Shown: positions 50,833 to 61,684, counted from the first letter of the stretch. The stretch: 64,000 nucleotides of DNA from Vulcanimicrobiota bacterium (GCA_963714015.1 OY970223.1:2240001-2304000); one strand, 5' to 3'. Program-made: numbers and translations. The notes: a model not told the origin generated them from the sequence alone.

Positions 50833-53246
50833 ATGGTCTTGCCAGGGCTCGCGAAAGCGCCGCCTCTGCGACTGCTTGAGCGCAAGCGGCTGACGGAGCT
50901 CTTCGAACGCGCCTCGCAGGCCCGGATTGTTCTTTGCGTGGCGCCTCCCGGTCACGGCAAGACGGTCGCGCTGGAGCAATTCCTCGACGCTCGAGGCACC
51001 GAAGCAATACGAATCGTTCCGGACGAGGCGTACGGCGGTCTCTTCTCGTTCGTGCGTTCGCTGGCGAGCGAGCTCTCCCGGGCCCTCGACCGGCCCGAGC
51101 TCTCGTTCTCCGCTGTCTACGACCGGGTCGCCGCGTCCGTTGCGCCGGAGGCCGAACTGGCGCGCTGGCTACGATCGCAGATCCCCTCGCACGAACTCTG
51201 CATCACCATCGACAATCTGGAGCGCGCTGCCGCGGATGGCCGCACCGTCCGGTTTCTAGACTCCATCGTGCGCGAGACGCCTCAGTTCAAATGGCATCTC
51301 CTCTCGCGGACGGCGGGGTCGCTTCCGGTCCCCAACTGGATGGCGGACGGGCTGATGGACTTTCCCATCGACCAGGATGCTCTGGCGTTCGACACGGCCG
51401 AGACCTTGCAGCTTGGAGCGCTTTACGGCAAGGATCTTTCCCCTGAAAATGCGGCCGCGCTCGACTCGCAGCTTGGCGGGTGGGCGCTGGGCCTCTGCTC
51501 GCGTTTTCGCTATGGTTCGCCTTTCGAGGACGTCCGGTACGACCAGCGCAATCCCGCCGAAGCCTACCGCTCGCTGCTGGAACGATGCTATCGAGCCTGC
51601 AGCGATGCCGAATCCGATCTGCTGCTCGACACGGCATTGATGCATCGGCTGCATCCCGCTGCACTGCAAGTGCTCGGCTGGAAAAACGCCGAGCGCAAGC
51701 TGCGGGCGCTCCGGGCGCACTTTCCGCATTTCTTCAACTCGGCATGCGACGTGCTGACCTACGGCGATCTCACACGAGCCTATCTTGTCGACCGCTTGCG
51801 CGATCGAGGGGCCCAGGCTTGTTCTTCTGCGGTAGAACGGTGCGGCGGCGCTCTCGAGCGAGCCGGCCAACCCGGCGAGGCGCTTTCATTATATGTCGAG
51901 CACGCGGCCGCGGGTGCGATCGGCGCGCTCTTGGAACGGCACGGCTTTCCGCTGGTGGACGGAGGTTACGGCGATCTCGTCAACGCCGCGCTGCGAATAT
52001 TGCCCGGAGAGCCCGGAATTGCGCGGCCGGTGACGCTCGCGCTGCGCGGATCGTACGAAGCAAGTCTGGGGCGCAGCGACGTTGCCGAAGCCTGGTTCGT
52101 GCACGCACTCCGTCAGTCCGGCGGCGCGATTCACGACGAAATTACTTACCGCCACGCGTGTGATTTGCTTCGGCGGCAGCGGGTCGGACTGCATCGGATT
52201 CTTTGAGGGCCTGGTGACGCGCGCGCAGGATGCGGAGATGCTGGCGAATGCGCGATCGGCTCTGGCCCAGGCATATTTCTTGGAAGACCGCGTCGACGAG
52301 GCGCGTCGATGCATGCACGAAGCAGTTTCGGGCTTACAAGGGATTTCCAACGAGGAGGTCGTGGCGCGTACGCTGGGACGAGCCGCTTACGTCTGCTTGT
52401 ATTCCGAGGACTTGAAGGCCGCCGAGCATTTTGCACGGCGAGCACTCGATCTCGCCGGACCGGCCCATCAGTACGTGACCGCGATCGGGGCGCTCTCGGT
52501 GCTTTACAGCGTTGCATGCGAGCGCGGAAGAGTAGACGATGCGCTCGAGCATTTGCTTCGTTTGGGAGAGTACAGCACCTACACCGGAAATCTCGATTTT
52601 CAGCTCTACGCGTTGACGGGGAGTTACGAGCTCTACGCGGAGCGCTACGATCTCCAAGGCATCTCGCGCTGCGAGTCCGCGCTCGCCTCGTTCGATCTGC
52701 ATTATGACACGAACACGACCCTCGAGGCGCTGCTGCCGGCTCGCGCCCTGCAATGTGCGTGGCGCGGCGAATTCGACCGTGCGTACGCGCTGCTTGCGCC
52801 GAGCGCCTCGCAACAACGCGGCGCCGATTGGAAGGCCCAGCGGCATGCCGAGCTTGCTCTGTACGCAGCAGCGTCGGAGCGCGATGCCGACGCGTCCTCG
52901 CATTTGGACTCTGCGGAAGAAGCGCTCGGAGAATGCGCGTCCGGGACGCACGCATGGACGCAGACTCACGTTTTGATCGGCCTGGCGTACAGTCTGAAAC
53001 GCAGAACTGCCGAAGCGGAGCGATGCTTTGAAAGTGCACGCAGTTCTACCGCACAATACCAGCGGCTGGCAAAATTCGTCGACGCGGCGCGCGAGCTCCA
53101 TCGCCGCTTGAACGGCGCCGTCAATCATGCCGCGCTCTTTGACGCTTTGCATGAGCTCATACGGCTCGCAGCTCGGGGGCTACTCGAAGATGCTCGAGCA
53201 GATTCCGGCTCCGGACCACCGCAGTCCGGTGAGGCTGGCCGGATGA
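50833..53246 (+). CDS. MalT-like P-loop NTPase/TPR protein without an evident LuxR HTH, frameshifts near 52185 and 53160
   Basis: LLER.RL, Walker A APPGHGKT, IDNLE, LSR, LAFD..E, GWALGL, then helical repeats. The shifted tail LGGYSKMLEQIP...LAG* ends at a TGA overlapping the next ATG. Confidence 0.7.
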
Positions 53247-54205
53247 ACGCGCAACCTTCGCAACCCGGAGCCGTGAGTCGCGACTGCGCGGCGCTCGAAC
53301 GCGTTCGCCGCGAGGCTGCTGCCGAAATTCTGTGCAAGAGCGCAACGCCGGGAGAACGCACCGTCTTGGCCGGCGCCTTCATCGACATGACAATCGATTG
53401 TCTGATCGAGTCCCGCCTGCAAGGTGACTCGGGATTTCTGTCCTCGTGGCTCGATCGCGCCTTTGCCCAGACGCTTCCCGCGCCGCCTTTCGTAATCGTG
53501 CAAGACACGTGTGCCGTACTCGAAGCGATGCTGCTGCGCGAAGGAGTCTTGGACCCTGCGCTTCGTGCCGTGCTGCGATCCGGTGCCGACAAAGCGGCGC
53601 GCCGCCGACGCGCGGAACGCAAAATCGAAGATACGCGCGCGATCGACGAAACGGACGCGCGCATCAACGACCTCATCGCAAAGTTGGAGTCGGCGGACGT
53701 GCTGACCGCCGAACATTGCCGAGCGGTGGCTTCCTGGTGTTCGCGCATAGCGCGACGATTGGGCTTGAACGAGAAAGACGTAACGCTCCTGACGCGCAGC
53801 GGCCTGCTGCACGACATCGGCAAGCTGAAAATACCGAAGGACGTTCTGAATGCGCCGCGCGCGTTGAACGCAGCCGAATGGAGGCTGATTCGCGGCCATG
53901 CCGCGGCCGGAGAGGCTTTGGCCAAAAAGGAACCGCTGCTTCGCGAAACGCTTCCGGCGATTCGAAGCCATCACGAGCGCTTTGACGGCGGCGGCTATCC
54001 GGACGGCCTGCGCGGCGAGGCGATTCCGTTCATCGCTCGAGTCGTCACGGTAGCAGACTGTTTCAATGCCATGATCGGGCGGCGTCCTTACCGCCCGCCG
54101 CTTCCGCCGTCCGTCGCCCTCGAGGAATTGCGCAGAAATCGCGGCCGGCAATTCGACCCCGAAGTGGTTGAGGCCATGGAGGACGTCGTCCTACGCGGCC
54201 GCTAG
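53243..54205 (+). CDS. HD-GYP domain phosphodiesterase
   Basis: TAEHC.AV, LLHDIGK, HHERFDGGGYPDGL.GEAIP..ARV..VAD.FNAM...RPYR. Confidence 0.88.
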   Translation: MNAQPSQPGAVSRDCAALERVRREAAAEILCKSATPGERTVLAGAFIDMTIDCLIESRLQGDSGFLSSWLDRAFAQTLPAPPFVIVQDTCAVLEAMLLREGVLDPALRAVLRSGADKAARRRRAERKIEDTRAIDETDARINDLIAKLESADVLTAEHCRAVASWCSRIARRLGLNEKDVTLLTRSGLLHDIGKLKIPKDVLNAPRALNAAEWRLIRGHAAAGEALAKKEPLLRETLPAIRSHHERFDGGGYPDGLRGEAIPFIARVVTVADCFNAMIGRRPYRPPLPPSVALEELRRNRGRQFDPEVVEAMEDVVLRGR

Positions 54206-54324
54206 CGGTTAAGAAACCGTTAACTAACGTACAAAATCAGGTGATGTTTGTTAAACTTACCCCACGGTCGCTTCCTCGGCAGGCAGTTTAGAGGTGGCGC
54301 GCCCGATCTGTGGGGGACGAGACC

Positions 54325-55578
54325 ATGCGGCTTTCAGCGATATCACTGGTGACTCTGGGCCTCTTGGCCGCCGGCTGTTCCGGCGGCGGAACATTCAACG
54401 CACCGCAAAGCGCTTCCGACCATGCTATCGTCGCGCGCGAGCCGATGCGCTTGCACGCCTTGGCCGTCGCCGTCTGCAGTACGCCGGCTCCGGCGTCCCC
54501 AACCAGCACCACGAGCGTCCAGTCCAGGTGTCCCTCGCAGCAGCGCGTCGATTTGCCGCCTTTGCCGAATTCTCGCGGTTTAACCGCGGCACAGATCCCC
54601 GGCTATGAGCCTTCCGAACTGCGGGCTGCGTATGATTTGCCTTCAAGCGGCGCCGGCGTCGGAAAAACCATCGCGATCGTGATCCCTTACGACAATCCGA
54701 ACGCCCAGTCCGATCTGGCGATTTATCGTGCCATGTTCGGACTGCGTCCGTGTTTATCGCAAACCGGGTGTTTCCACAAGTACGGCCAGAACGGCTCCAG
54801 CGCTCTTCCCGCCGGCAACCAGACGTGGGGCGCCGAGATGTCGATCGATCTCGACATGGTTTCGGCAATCTGCCCCAACTGCAACATCGACGTCGTCGAA
54901 GCCAACAGCAACGATCCCAGTAATCTGCTGCAAGCGATGGTAACCGCCTCGAGCAACCTTCACGCTTCGGTCGTCAGCAATAGCTGGGTCACGCCGGAAT
55001 ACGCGGGCGAGCGCGGCGCCGCCGTTCAGCTCGCCAAACTTTCGGCAACGGTCGTCGCCGCGGCGGGCGATGAAGGCTACGGTCCGGCGTGGCCCGCGGC
55101 CGCTGCCACCGTCGTTGCCGTCGGCGGCACAACACTGATGCCGAATTCGAGCGCACGCGGCTATACGGAGTCGGTGTGGAGCGGAACCGGCGGCGGATGC
55201 AGCGCGTACATCGCCAAGCCCGCGTGGCAGCACGATGCAGGCTGCGCAAACCGCACCATCAACGACGTAGCGGCGGTTGCCGATCCGAACCCGGGCGTTG
55301 CAGTTTACGATACGTACTTACCCGCGCGCTACGGCGGATGGCTCGTCTTCGGCGGCACCAGCGTGGCTACGCCGATCGTCGCTGCGGCGATCGCGCTTTC
55401 GTCGACTTCGACGGCGGTCAGCGGATCGTTCATTTCACAACACTCGGCATTGCTCAATCCGATAACGGAAGGTGCGGACGGGACGTGCGCGCCCTCACAC
55501 GCGTACCTTTGCACGGCCGTTCGAGGATACAGCGGGCCTGCGGGTTACGGCTCGCCAAACGGGGTCGGCGCACTCTAA
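54325..55578 (+). CDS. sedolisin-like (S53/S8) serine peptidase, lipoprotein
   Basis: Lipobox LAAGC, EMSID (ExxxD), AAAGDEG, VAVGGT, GGTSVATP, GYGSPNG. Confidence 0.85.
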   Translation: MRLSAISLVTLGLLAAGCSGGGTFNAPQSASDHAIVAREPMRLHALAVAVCSTPAPASPTSTTSVQSRCPSQQRVDLPPLPNSRGLTAAQIPGYEPSELRAAYDLPSSGAGVGKTIAIVIPYDNPNAQSDLAIYRAMFGLRPCLSQTGCFHKYGQNGSSALPAGNQTWGAEMSIDLDMVSAICPNCNIDVVEANSNDPSNLLQAMVTASSNLHASVVSNSWVTPEYAGERGAAVQLAKLSATVVAAAGDEGYGPAWPAAAATVVAVGGTTLMPNSSARGYTESVWSGTGGGCSAYIAKPAWQHDAGCANRTINDVAAVADPNPGVAVYDTYLPARYGGWLVFGGTSVATPIVAAAIALSSTSTAVSGSFISQHSALLNPITEGADGTCAPSHAYLCTAVRGYSGPAGYGSPNGVGAL

Positions 55579-55595
55579 TCTCGTAATGACCGCGC

Positions 55596-56324
55596 ATGGA
55601 CGCGGTCATAACCGCCGGCGGACGCGTCGACGGCCCGCTCGCCGAAGCGATGCAAACTCCGATCAAAGCGTTGGCTCGCATCGGCGGCGTCACGATGCTG
55701 GATAGCACGATAAATGCGGTGCGCGGCATCGGCATCGAACGCATCGCAGTCGTCGGCGGCAGCGAGATACGCTCGCACGTGAATGGCGGCGTGCGCGTCG
55801 TCGGCGAAGCGGAAAGCGGCTCGGAGAACCTGCGTAGAGCGCTGCGCGCGTGGGAAAACACGTCGCCTCTGCTTTATCTTACCAGCGACATGCCGTTCGT
55901 GAGCGCCGCCGCACTCAGATCGTTCATCGACGCCGCGCCTTCCGGAGCATTGGCGCTGCCCCTCACCGAATATGCCGAGTTCCAGCGGCGATTCCCGGGC
56001 GCTCCGCCGTTCGGCATAACGCTTGCGGGCGAGCGGGTCGTAAACGGCGGCGCTTTTGTGATCCCGGCAGCGGGCGCGAATGCGATCGAACGGCTTGCTT
56101 CCGACTTTTTCAACGCCCGAAAAAGCCGGGTGCGCATGGCACGGCTCGCCGGAGCGGGTCTCCTGCTGCGTTTTTTGTTCCGGCGTTTGAGCGTGGCGAC
56201 ACTCGAATCGCGAGCCCGCGCTTTGCTGGGGTTTGCTGCGGTCGCGGTTCGCGGCGCGCCGCCCGAGCTGGCTTACGACGTCGACGTTTTGGAGGAGTAT
56301 CAGTATGCGCTCACGCGAGCCTAA
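55596..56324 (+). CDS. nucleotidyltransferase (MobA-like NTP transferase)
   Basis: AVITAGG...KAL..IGG..ML, TSDMPF, YDVD. Confidence 0.8.
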   Translation: MDAVITAGGRVDGPLAEAMQTPIKALARIGGVTMLDSTINAVRGIGIERIAVVGGSEIRSHVNGGVRVVGEAESGSENLRRALRAWENTSPLLYLTSDMPFVSAAALRSFIDAAPSGALALPLTEYAEFQRRFPGAPPFGITLAGERVVNGGAFVIPAAGANAIERLASDFFNARKSRVRMARLAGAGLLLRFLFRRLSVATLESRARALLGFAAVAVRGAPPELAYDVDVLEEYQYALTRA

Positions 56325-57516
56325 CGCCGCGCTGCTGGGACTGTTCTGGTTCGGAATTCAAGCCGTTTGGGGAGCACTGCTCGCAATCTCTCTGCAGGTG
56401 CGCGCCACGCAGCTCGCGCCGCATGATGCGCTGCGGCTTTACGGTCTGCTGGCGGGTGCAGGCGCAGCTCTTGCCGCGGTGACGCAGATCGCAGCCGGAA
56501 TGTTTTCGGACCTGCGACGCACGCACGGCAGCCGCCGGACGGAATTTTACGTAACGGGCGCGCTCGTTGCCTGCGCCGGCTTATTCTGGTTTTACCTAGC
56601 CCCTTCCATCGCGCAGCTCGTCGCGTCGCTCTTGCTCGTGCAACTCGCCATGAACGTGGCGATTGGACCGTATCAAGCGGTCATTCCCGACTTTGTGCGC
56701 GACGAAGATCTGGGGACGGCTTCATCTTGGATGGCAGCACTGCAGAGTTTGGGCAATGCTGCAGGCGCGATCGCGGCGTTCGCGATATCTCAGGCGCGAT
56801 TCGTCGCGGCCGCGCTTGCAGCAATGCTGCTTTGCACGTGCGCTGCGACCGTGCGCCATGTCCGCCATTTGACGCCGCTGCAAGTCACAAGCGAGCCGCT
56901 TCGCCTCTCGCGCGCGTTCGTCGATCTCTTTATCTCTCGAGCGTTCGTGTATCTGGGCTTTTACACGCTGCTGGGCTATCTTTTCTTCTACGTCGCCGCA
57001 ACGATCGGCGGCAGCGCGAAAGAAATGACGGGATTCGTGGTCCTGGTCGTCACGTTGACCGGTGCGATCGGCGCATGGCTGAGCGCTGCACCAGCCAATC
57101 GCATGGATCGGCGCGCAGTCGCAACGGCGGGCGGCGCCGGGTTCATAACGGCGCTTGCCGCATTCCTGATTTCGCATTCGGCCGTATCGATTTTTGCCAG
57201 CGCGGCGATTGCCGGCGGAGTCTGGGGAGTGTTCCTGACCGCGGATTGGGCGCTGGGATGTGCGTTCTTACCACGTTTTGCATTGGCCACCGCAATGGGT
57301 ATATGGAACCTTGCGCTGCTGATCCCGCAAATTGCCGCACCGCTGATCGCAACGGCGATATTGTCAGGGCTGGGAATCATGCAAAAAAGCAGCGCCCCCA
57401 GAATCGCATTCGTTCTGGCGGCGGTAGAAGTGCTCGCCGGAATCGCCTGGATCTGGCGCTTGCCTGCCTCGTCGCGCCCCGCGGTTGAGTCCGCATTTGG
57501 TGGGAATACTCCCTAA
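56305..57516 (+). CDS. MFS transporter
   Basis: Many hydrophobic helices, G..SD..R...SRR, MNVA.GPYQA.IPD, DWAL. Confidence 0.88.
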   Translation: MRSREPNAALLGLFWFGIQAVWGALLAISLQVRATQLAPHDALRLYGLLAGAGAALAAVTQIAAGMFSDLRRTHGSRRTEFYVTGALVACAGLFWFYLAPSIAQLVASLLLVQLAMNVAIGPYQAVIPDFVRDEDLGTASSWMAALQSLGNAAGAIAAFAISQARFVAAALAAMLLCTCAATVRHVRHLTPLQVTSEPLRLSRAFVDLFISRAFVYLGFYTLLGYLFFYVAATIGGSAKEMTGFVVLVVTLTGAIGAWLSAAPANRMDRRAVATAGGAGFITALAAFLISHSAVSIFASAAIAGGVWGVFLTADWALGCAFLPRFALATAMGIWNLALLIPQIAAPLIATAILSGLGIMQKSSAPRIAFVLAAVEVLAGIAWIWRLPASSRPAVESAFGGNTP

Positions 57517-57643
57517 GGCTGTCGGGCAGGTGGAACTTCAAGGCCACCCTTGCCCGTTAAAGCAGTATGGAGACCGGGCGCCAGCGTGCCTTTGTGCTCA
57601 AAGCAAGTGCGACGGTTTCTAAACTCGAGTTTAGGAGGCAATT

Positions 57644-59156
57644 TTGAAACGACTGAGCACCGGAGTCCTGACTTCGCTCGTTATAGCAAGTCTGGGGCTT
57701 ACTGCGGTCGCCGCTCCGTCGGGCCATGCATCACCGGGCAACATTGGATCCAAAGTGATCGCACAGGCCACGCCGTCAGCATCGCCTGCAGCGTCGACAG
57801 CTCCGGCTGCGACGCCGATGGCGTCGCCGTCGGCAGGAACTGCGACGCCCTCGGCCGGGACTGCGACACCATCGGCCGGTACTGCAACGCCGATGGCTTC
57901 GCCGGCCGCTCCCGCGGGCGGAACGGCACCTTCCACTCCGGCGAACATGCCGCCGATGCAATTCGGATCTCCACCTTCGGGTGAGATTCCGATTCTCTTC
58001 AACGACCACCACGTTTACTCGAAACCGGACGTCCTAAAACAAGGACGCGTTCTTTCTGCGCTCGTTCGCGGCGGAACGATTCTCGTGCCGTTGCGCTCGA
58101 TGTTCGAGCAAATGGGCGCGACGGTTTCTTACGATCCGGGAAGCAAAACGGTCGATGTGACCAAGCCGGGTTCCGACGTAAAAGTTACCGTCGGAAGCCC
58201 GCAAGTAACGATTAACGGCGAAACGCGTCCGCTGGACGTGCCGCCGATGATGTATCACGGTCAGATCCTCGTTCCGGTTCGTGTGATCTCCGAGGGCATG
58301 GGAGCGTACGTGCAATGGGTGCCCGATAAGCGCCTTGTCGTCGTGCGTTATCTGCCGCCCACGCCGCCGCCGCCGCCCGCTCCGCCGCCGCCGCCGTCAA
58401 GTGCTGCGCCGGCCGCGACGCCGGCTCCGGCTCCCAAGAAAGTAACGAACGAAGTGTTCGTCGCCGGCGATTACCTGCTCGGACCGAAGGTGTACAACGA
58501 GTTCGATCCGGGCGTCAAACAGCCGAATGATTCATCTTATGCAGCGCGCGGCGCGTTCGAGTTCAACGCGTTGAGTCTGCCGTGGATGGTCGAAGGCGAG
58601 TATCGCCAGTGGGGCTATCAGCATAACGCAACCGTCATACCGACGATTCCGGGAAGCTGCGCCGTCAACGGCGTTCCCGCAGGCGAACCGGGCTGCGTCA
58701 CCATCATTGGTGGAGGCGGCCAGACGTGGGTTGCGCCGTTCAGTCCGAAGGACAATGACGTCGATGGACGTCTGGGTCTGAAGGTTCTGGATCCGCGCGT
58801 CTACATCGGCGTGAGCTATCTGGGACGGTGGACCAACTACGGTTACCCGCGCCAGAGCGGCGTAGGCTTCGGGCTGGAGAAACTGCCCGACCTCGACCGT
58901 CCGCTCTCGATCTACGGCAGCGCGTACTACTACCCGCAGGTCAAGGGTACGTGCGACACGGGCGTATGCCCGACTGGTCCGTTCTCGCTCGAATACCGCA
59001 TCTTCCGGTACGAGATCGGCGCGGACTACAGTATCCCCGGCACCCCGGTCTTCGTTGAAGGAGGCTGGATTGGCGACAACGGCAAGAACAAGACTGAACG
59101 CGCCTTCCGACTTCTCGCACAACGCAGGATACGTCGGTATCGGCATACACTTCTAG
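57644..59156 (+). CDS. exported protein with copper-amine-oxidase N-terminal (stalk) domain and probable C-terminal beta-barrel, frameshift near 59095
   Basis: AGGAGG RBS with TTG start, signal peptide, LVPLR..FE.MGATV.YD and LVPVRVISE.MGA.V.W. The shifted tail NAPSDFSHNAGYVGIGIHF* ends just before the terminator. Confidence 0.8.
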
Positions 59157-59167
59157 GAATCCGTCCT

Positions 59168-59209
59168 AATAGAAAAAGGCCCTCGGGGTTCCGAGGGTCT
59201 TTTTCTATT
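59168..59209 (+). terminator. intrinsic terminator, bidirectional type
   Basis: AATAGAAAAAGGCCCTCGG-GGTT-CCGAGGGTCTTTTTCTATT. Confidence 0.92.
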
Positions 59210-59340
59210 GCGGACGGTTCCTACGGTTGGATGGGGCCCCCACGTACCTACCATCGCGGCGAATCCGATGCCGAGCAACCGTCGCTGTAGGGTGAGCAAG
59301 CGTGAAGAGGCCTGGAGGCGGCGGCGCGCGACTCGGCGGC

Positions 59341-59369
59341 TTGACCGTAAACGGCAGGTCCGGTAGAAT
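59341..59369 (+). promoter_or_regulatory. sigma70-type promoter of rpsK-rpsD-rpoA-rplQ
   Basis: TTGACC-17 nt-TAGAAT. Confidence 0.8.
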
Positions 59370-59543
59370 AGCCTCTTGGTGCCGGACCATCTCTCCCGGC
59401 CCTGCTTCGGGGTGCTTAGCCCACTGCCGAAGCCGGACGCGTTCGCCGCGCGCTCGGGATCAGATCGCACAATGCCCACGGCATCGTTGCGGTCGAGGCG
59501 ACGACACCGCGATCGTTTCGCGGATAGGAAAAGCACGGAGTCA

Positions 59544-59940
59544 ATGGCAGCTGAAAAAGCAGGCGAAGTCGCGCAAGAAGCGTGAGTTCAAGAATGTTCA
59601 ATCGGGCGTCGCGCACATTCATGCGTCGTTCAACAACACCGTCGTGACGATCTCCGACAATCTCGGAAACGTCATCGCGTGGGCATCCGCCGGGAACCTG
59701 GGATTCAAGGGTTCCAAGAAGTCGACACCGTTCGCGGCGCAGATGGCTGCCGAGGCGGTCGCGCGCAAGGCGATGGAGCACGGCATGAAGTCGACCGAGG
59801 TTTTGGTTAAGGGTCCGGGCGCCGGACGCGAAGCCGCAATCCGTTCACTGCAAGCCGCCGGGCTGGAGATCACGCTCATCAAAGACGTGACGCCGATTCC
59901 GCACAACGGCTGCCGGCCGCCCAAGCGGCGCCGCGTCTAA
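59544..59940 (+). CDS. rpsK: 30S ribosomal protein S11, apparent 1-nt insertion near 59553
   Basis: [39 protein letters not shown]. The ATG with GGAG RBS is one base out of frame with the gene body. Confidence 0.97.
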
Positions 59941-59966
59941 CGAAAGCGCAAGAGAGAGTTTAACAG

Positions 59967-60623
59967 ATGTCGAGATATACCGGACCCGTGTGCCGCCTAT
60001 GCCGCCGCGAAACCGCGGCGAGCAAGACCGGCGAAAAGATCAAGTTGTTTCTCAAGGGCGATCGCTGCCTTTCGAAAAAATGCGCCGTCGAGCGCCGCGG
60101 CACCGCGCCGGGTCAGAAGACGCAGGGCAAGCAGCGTCAGAAGGTCAGCGAGTACGGACGCCAGCTGCGCGAGAAGCAGAAGATGCGCCGCTACTACGGC
60201 GTTCACGAAACGCAATTCGAAAACTACTTCCGCGAAGCCGCGCGCGTTCCGGGTCAGACCGGCCGCACTTTCCTGCAACTTCTGGAGCGGCGGTTGGACA
60301 ACGTCGTTTACCGTTTGAATTTGGCGAACAGCCGCGCGCAGGCGCGCCAGCTGGTTACCCATCGCCATTTTCGCGTGAACGGGAAGCTGGTCAACATTCC
60401 GTCGTACATCGTCAAGGCGGGCGACGTCATCACGATCGGCGAGCGCAGCAAAAAGTCGCCGGTTTTCGAAGCGAACTTCGAAGTCGCGAAGAATCGGCGC
60501 GCGCCCGAATGGCTGGACTGGAGTGAGACGGATCAGAGCGCTAAGGTGCTCCAGGTCCCCAGCCGCGAACAAATCGACACCCCCGTCGACGAACAACTGA
60601 TCGTCGAATACTACTCGAGATAA
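59967..60623 (+). CDS. rpsD: 30S ribosomal protein S4
   Basis: [39 protein letters not shown]. Confidence 0.99.
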   Translation: MSRYTGPVCRLCRRETAASKTGEKIKLFLKGDRCLSKKCAVERRGTAPGQKTQGKQRQKVSEYGRQLREKQKMRRYYGVHETQFENYFREAARVPGQTGRTFLQLLERRLDNVVYRLNLANSRAQARQLVTHRHFRVNGKLVNIPSYIVKAGDVITIGERSKKSPVFEANFEVAKNRRAPEWLDWSETDQSAKVLQVPSREQIDTPVDEQLIVEYYSR

Positions 60624-60719
60624 TGTAACCACGAGAAGCCGCTGCTAGGCGTGGGATCGCTTGTAACTGGGTTACGGCGGATAACGTAAGCAGCAACAAA
60701 GGAAGCCCAAAGTAAAACC

Positions 60720-61643
60720 ATGACCGTATTGGACACACCCCAAGGCGCCGGCATTGAGGTTCGCGAGCGCCACGACAACTACGCGAAGTTCGTCATCGAG
60801 CCGCTGGAACGCGGTTTCGGCATAACGCTCGGAAATGCGCTGCGGCGCATCCTGCTCAGCTCGATTCCGGGCGCGGCCGTCACTTACATGAAGATCGACG
60901 GCGTGCTGCACGAGTTCTCGACCATCCCGGGCATCGTGGAAGACACGATTGCTCTAATGCTCAACCTCAAGGGTCTCCCCGTCAAGCTGAATACCGACGA
61001 ACCCAAGGTGCTCACGCTCAACGCATCGGGTCCGAAAGACGTTACGGCCGCAGACATCACGCCGGACGCCGACGTCGAGGTTCTCGATCCGAACTACCAT
61101 CTCGCGACGCTCTCCGCCAAAACGGCGAAGCTCTCGATGGAGATCGGCATCGAAAAAGGACGCGGGTACGTTACCGCAGACCGCCAGCGCAACGTCGAGC
61201 ACATGATTGGCCTGATCCCGCTCGATTCGATCTTCTCGCCGATTCGCAAGTGTAACTTTACCGTCGACGACACGCGCGTCGGCCAAAACGTCGACTTCGA
61301 TCGCCTGACTATCGAGATCGAAACCAACGGTTCCGTTACGCCGGACGAAGCGCTCTCTACGGCCGCGATCATCATGCAAGAGCAGCTCGACTTGTTCGTC
61401 AACTTTACGAACGAAGAGAAGCCGCTCCCGCAGGCGCCGGCCAGCGAGTGGGACATCCCGGTCGAAACGCTCAATCTCTCCGTGCGTTCGTTCAATTGCC
61501 TCAAGCGCGCAGGCATTTCGAAGGTCTCGGAGCTGCTCGACATGACCGAAGACGAGATCATCAAGATGCGCAACTTCGGTAAGAAGTCGCTGGACGAGAT
61601 CAAACAGGTATTAGAAGAAAGGGGACTCTCGCTCCGCCAGTAA
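60720..61643 (+). CDS. rpoA: RNA polymerase alpha subunit
   Basis: EPLERGFG.TLGNALRRILLSS, LSVRSFNCLKRAGI, RNFGKKSLDEI. Confidence 0.99.
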   Translation: MTVLDTPQGAGIEVRERHDNYAKFVIEPLERGFGITLGNALRRILLSSIPGAAVTYMKIDGVLHEFSTIPGIVEDTIALMLNLKGLPVKLNTDEPKVLTLNASGPKDVTAADITPDADVEVLDPNYHLATLSAKTAKLSMEIGIEKGRGYVTADRQRNVEHMIGLIPLDSIFSPIRKCNFTVDDTRVGQNVDFDRLTIEIETNGSVTPDEALSTAAIIMQEQLDLFVNFTNEEKPLPQAPASEWDIPVETLNLSVRSFNCLKRAGISKVSELLDMTEDEIIKMRNFGKKSLDEIKQVLEERGLSLRQ

Positions 61644-61684
61644 TCGTCGCCCTTTGAACGATTATTGGTAGACGGGAAATACAT

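Noticed and set aside
52082..54205. TPR-HD-GYP fusion (707-aa ORF)
   Set aside because: A one-base shift near 53160 gives a natural ending whose TGA overlaps an ATG at 53243, so two coupled genes are more likely
59157..59290. Arg-rich C-terminal extension of ORF 57644..59290
   Set aside because: It runs through a clear terminator; the shifted frame ends in a barrel-type terminal Phe at 59156
24836..59543. Accessory blocks as prophage or genomic islands
   Set aside because: No integrase, transposase, phage genes or flanking direct repeats were seen, and composition looks like the rest of the window
60621..60628. TAATGTAA start-stop element after rpsD
   Set aside because: A single 8-nt occurrence far from the rpoA start, easily due to chance
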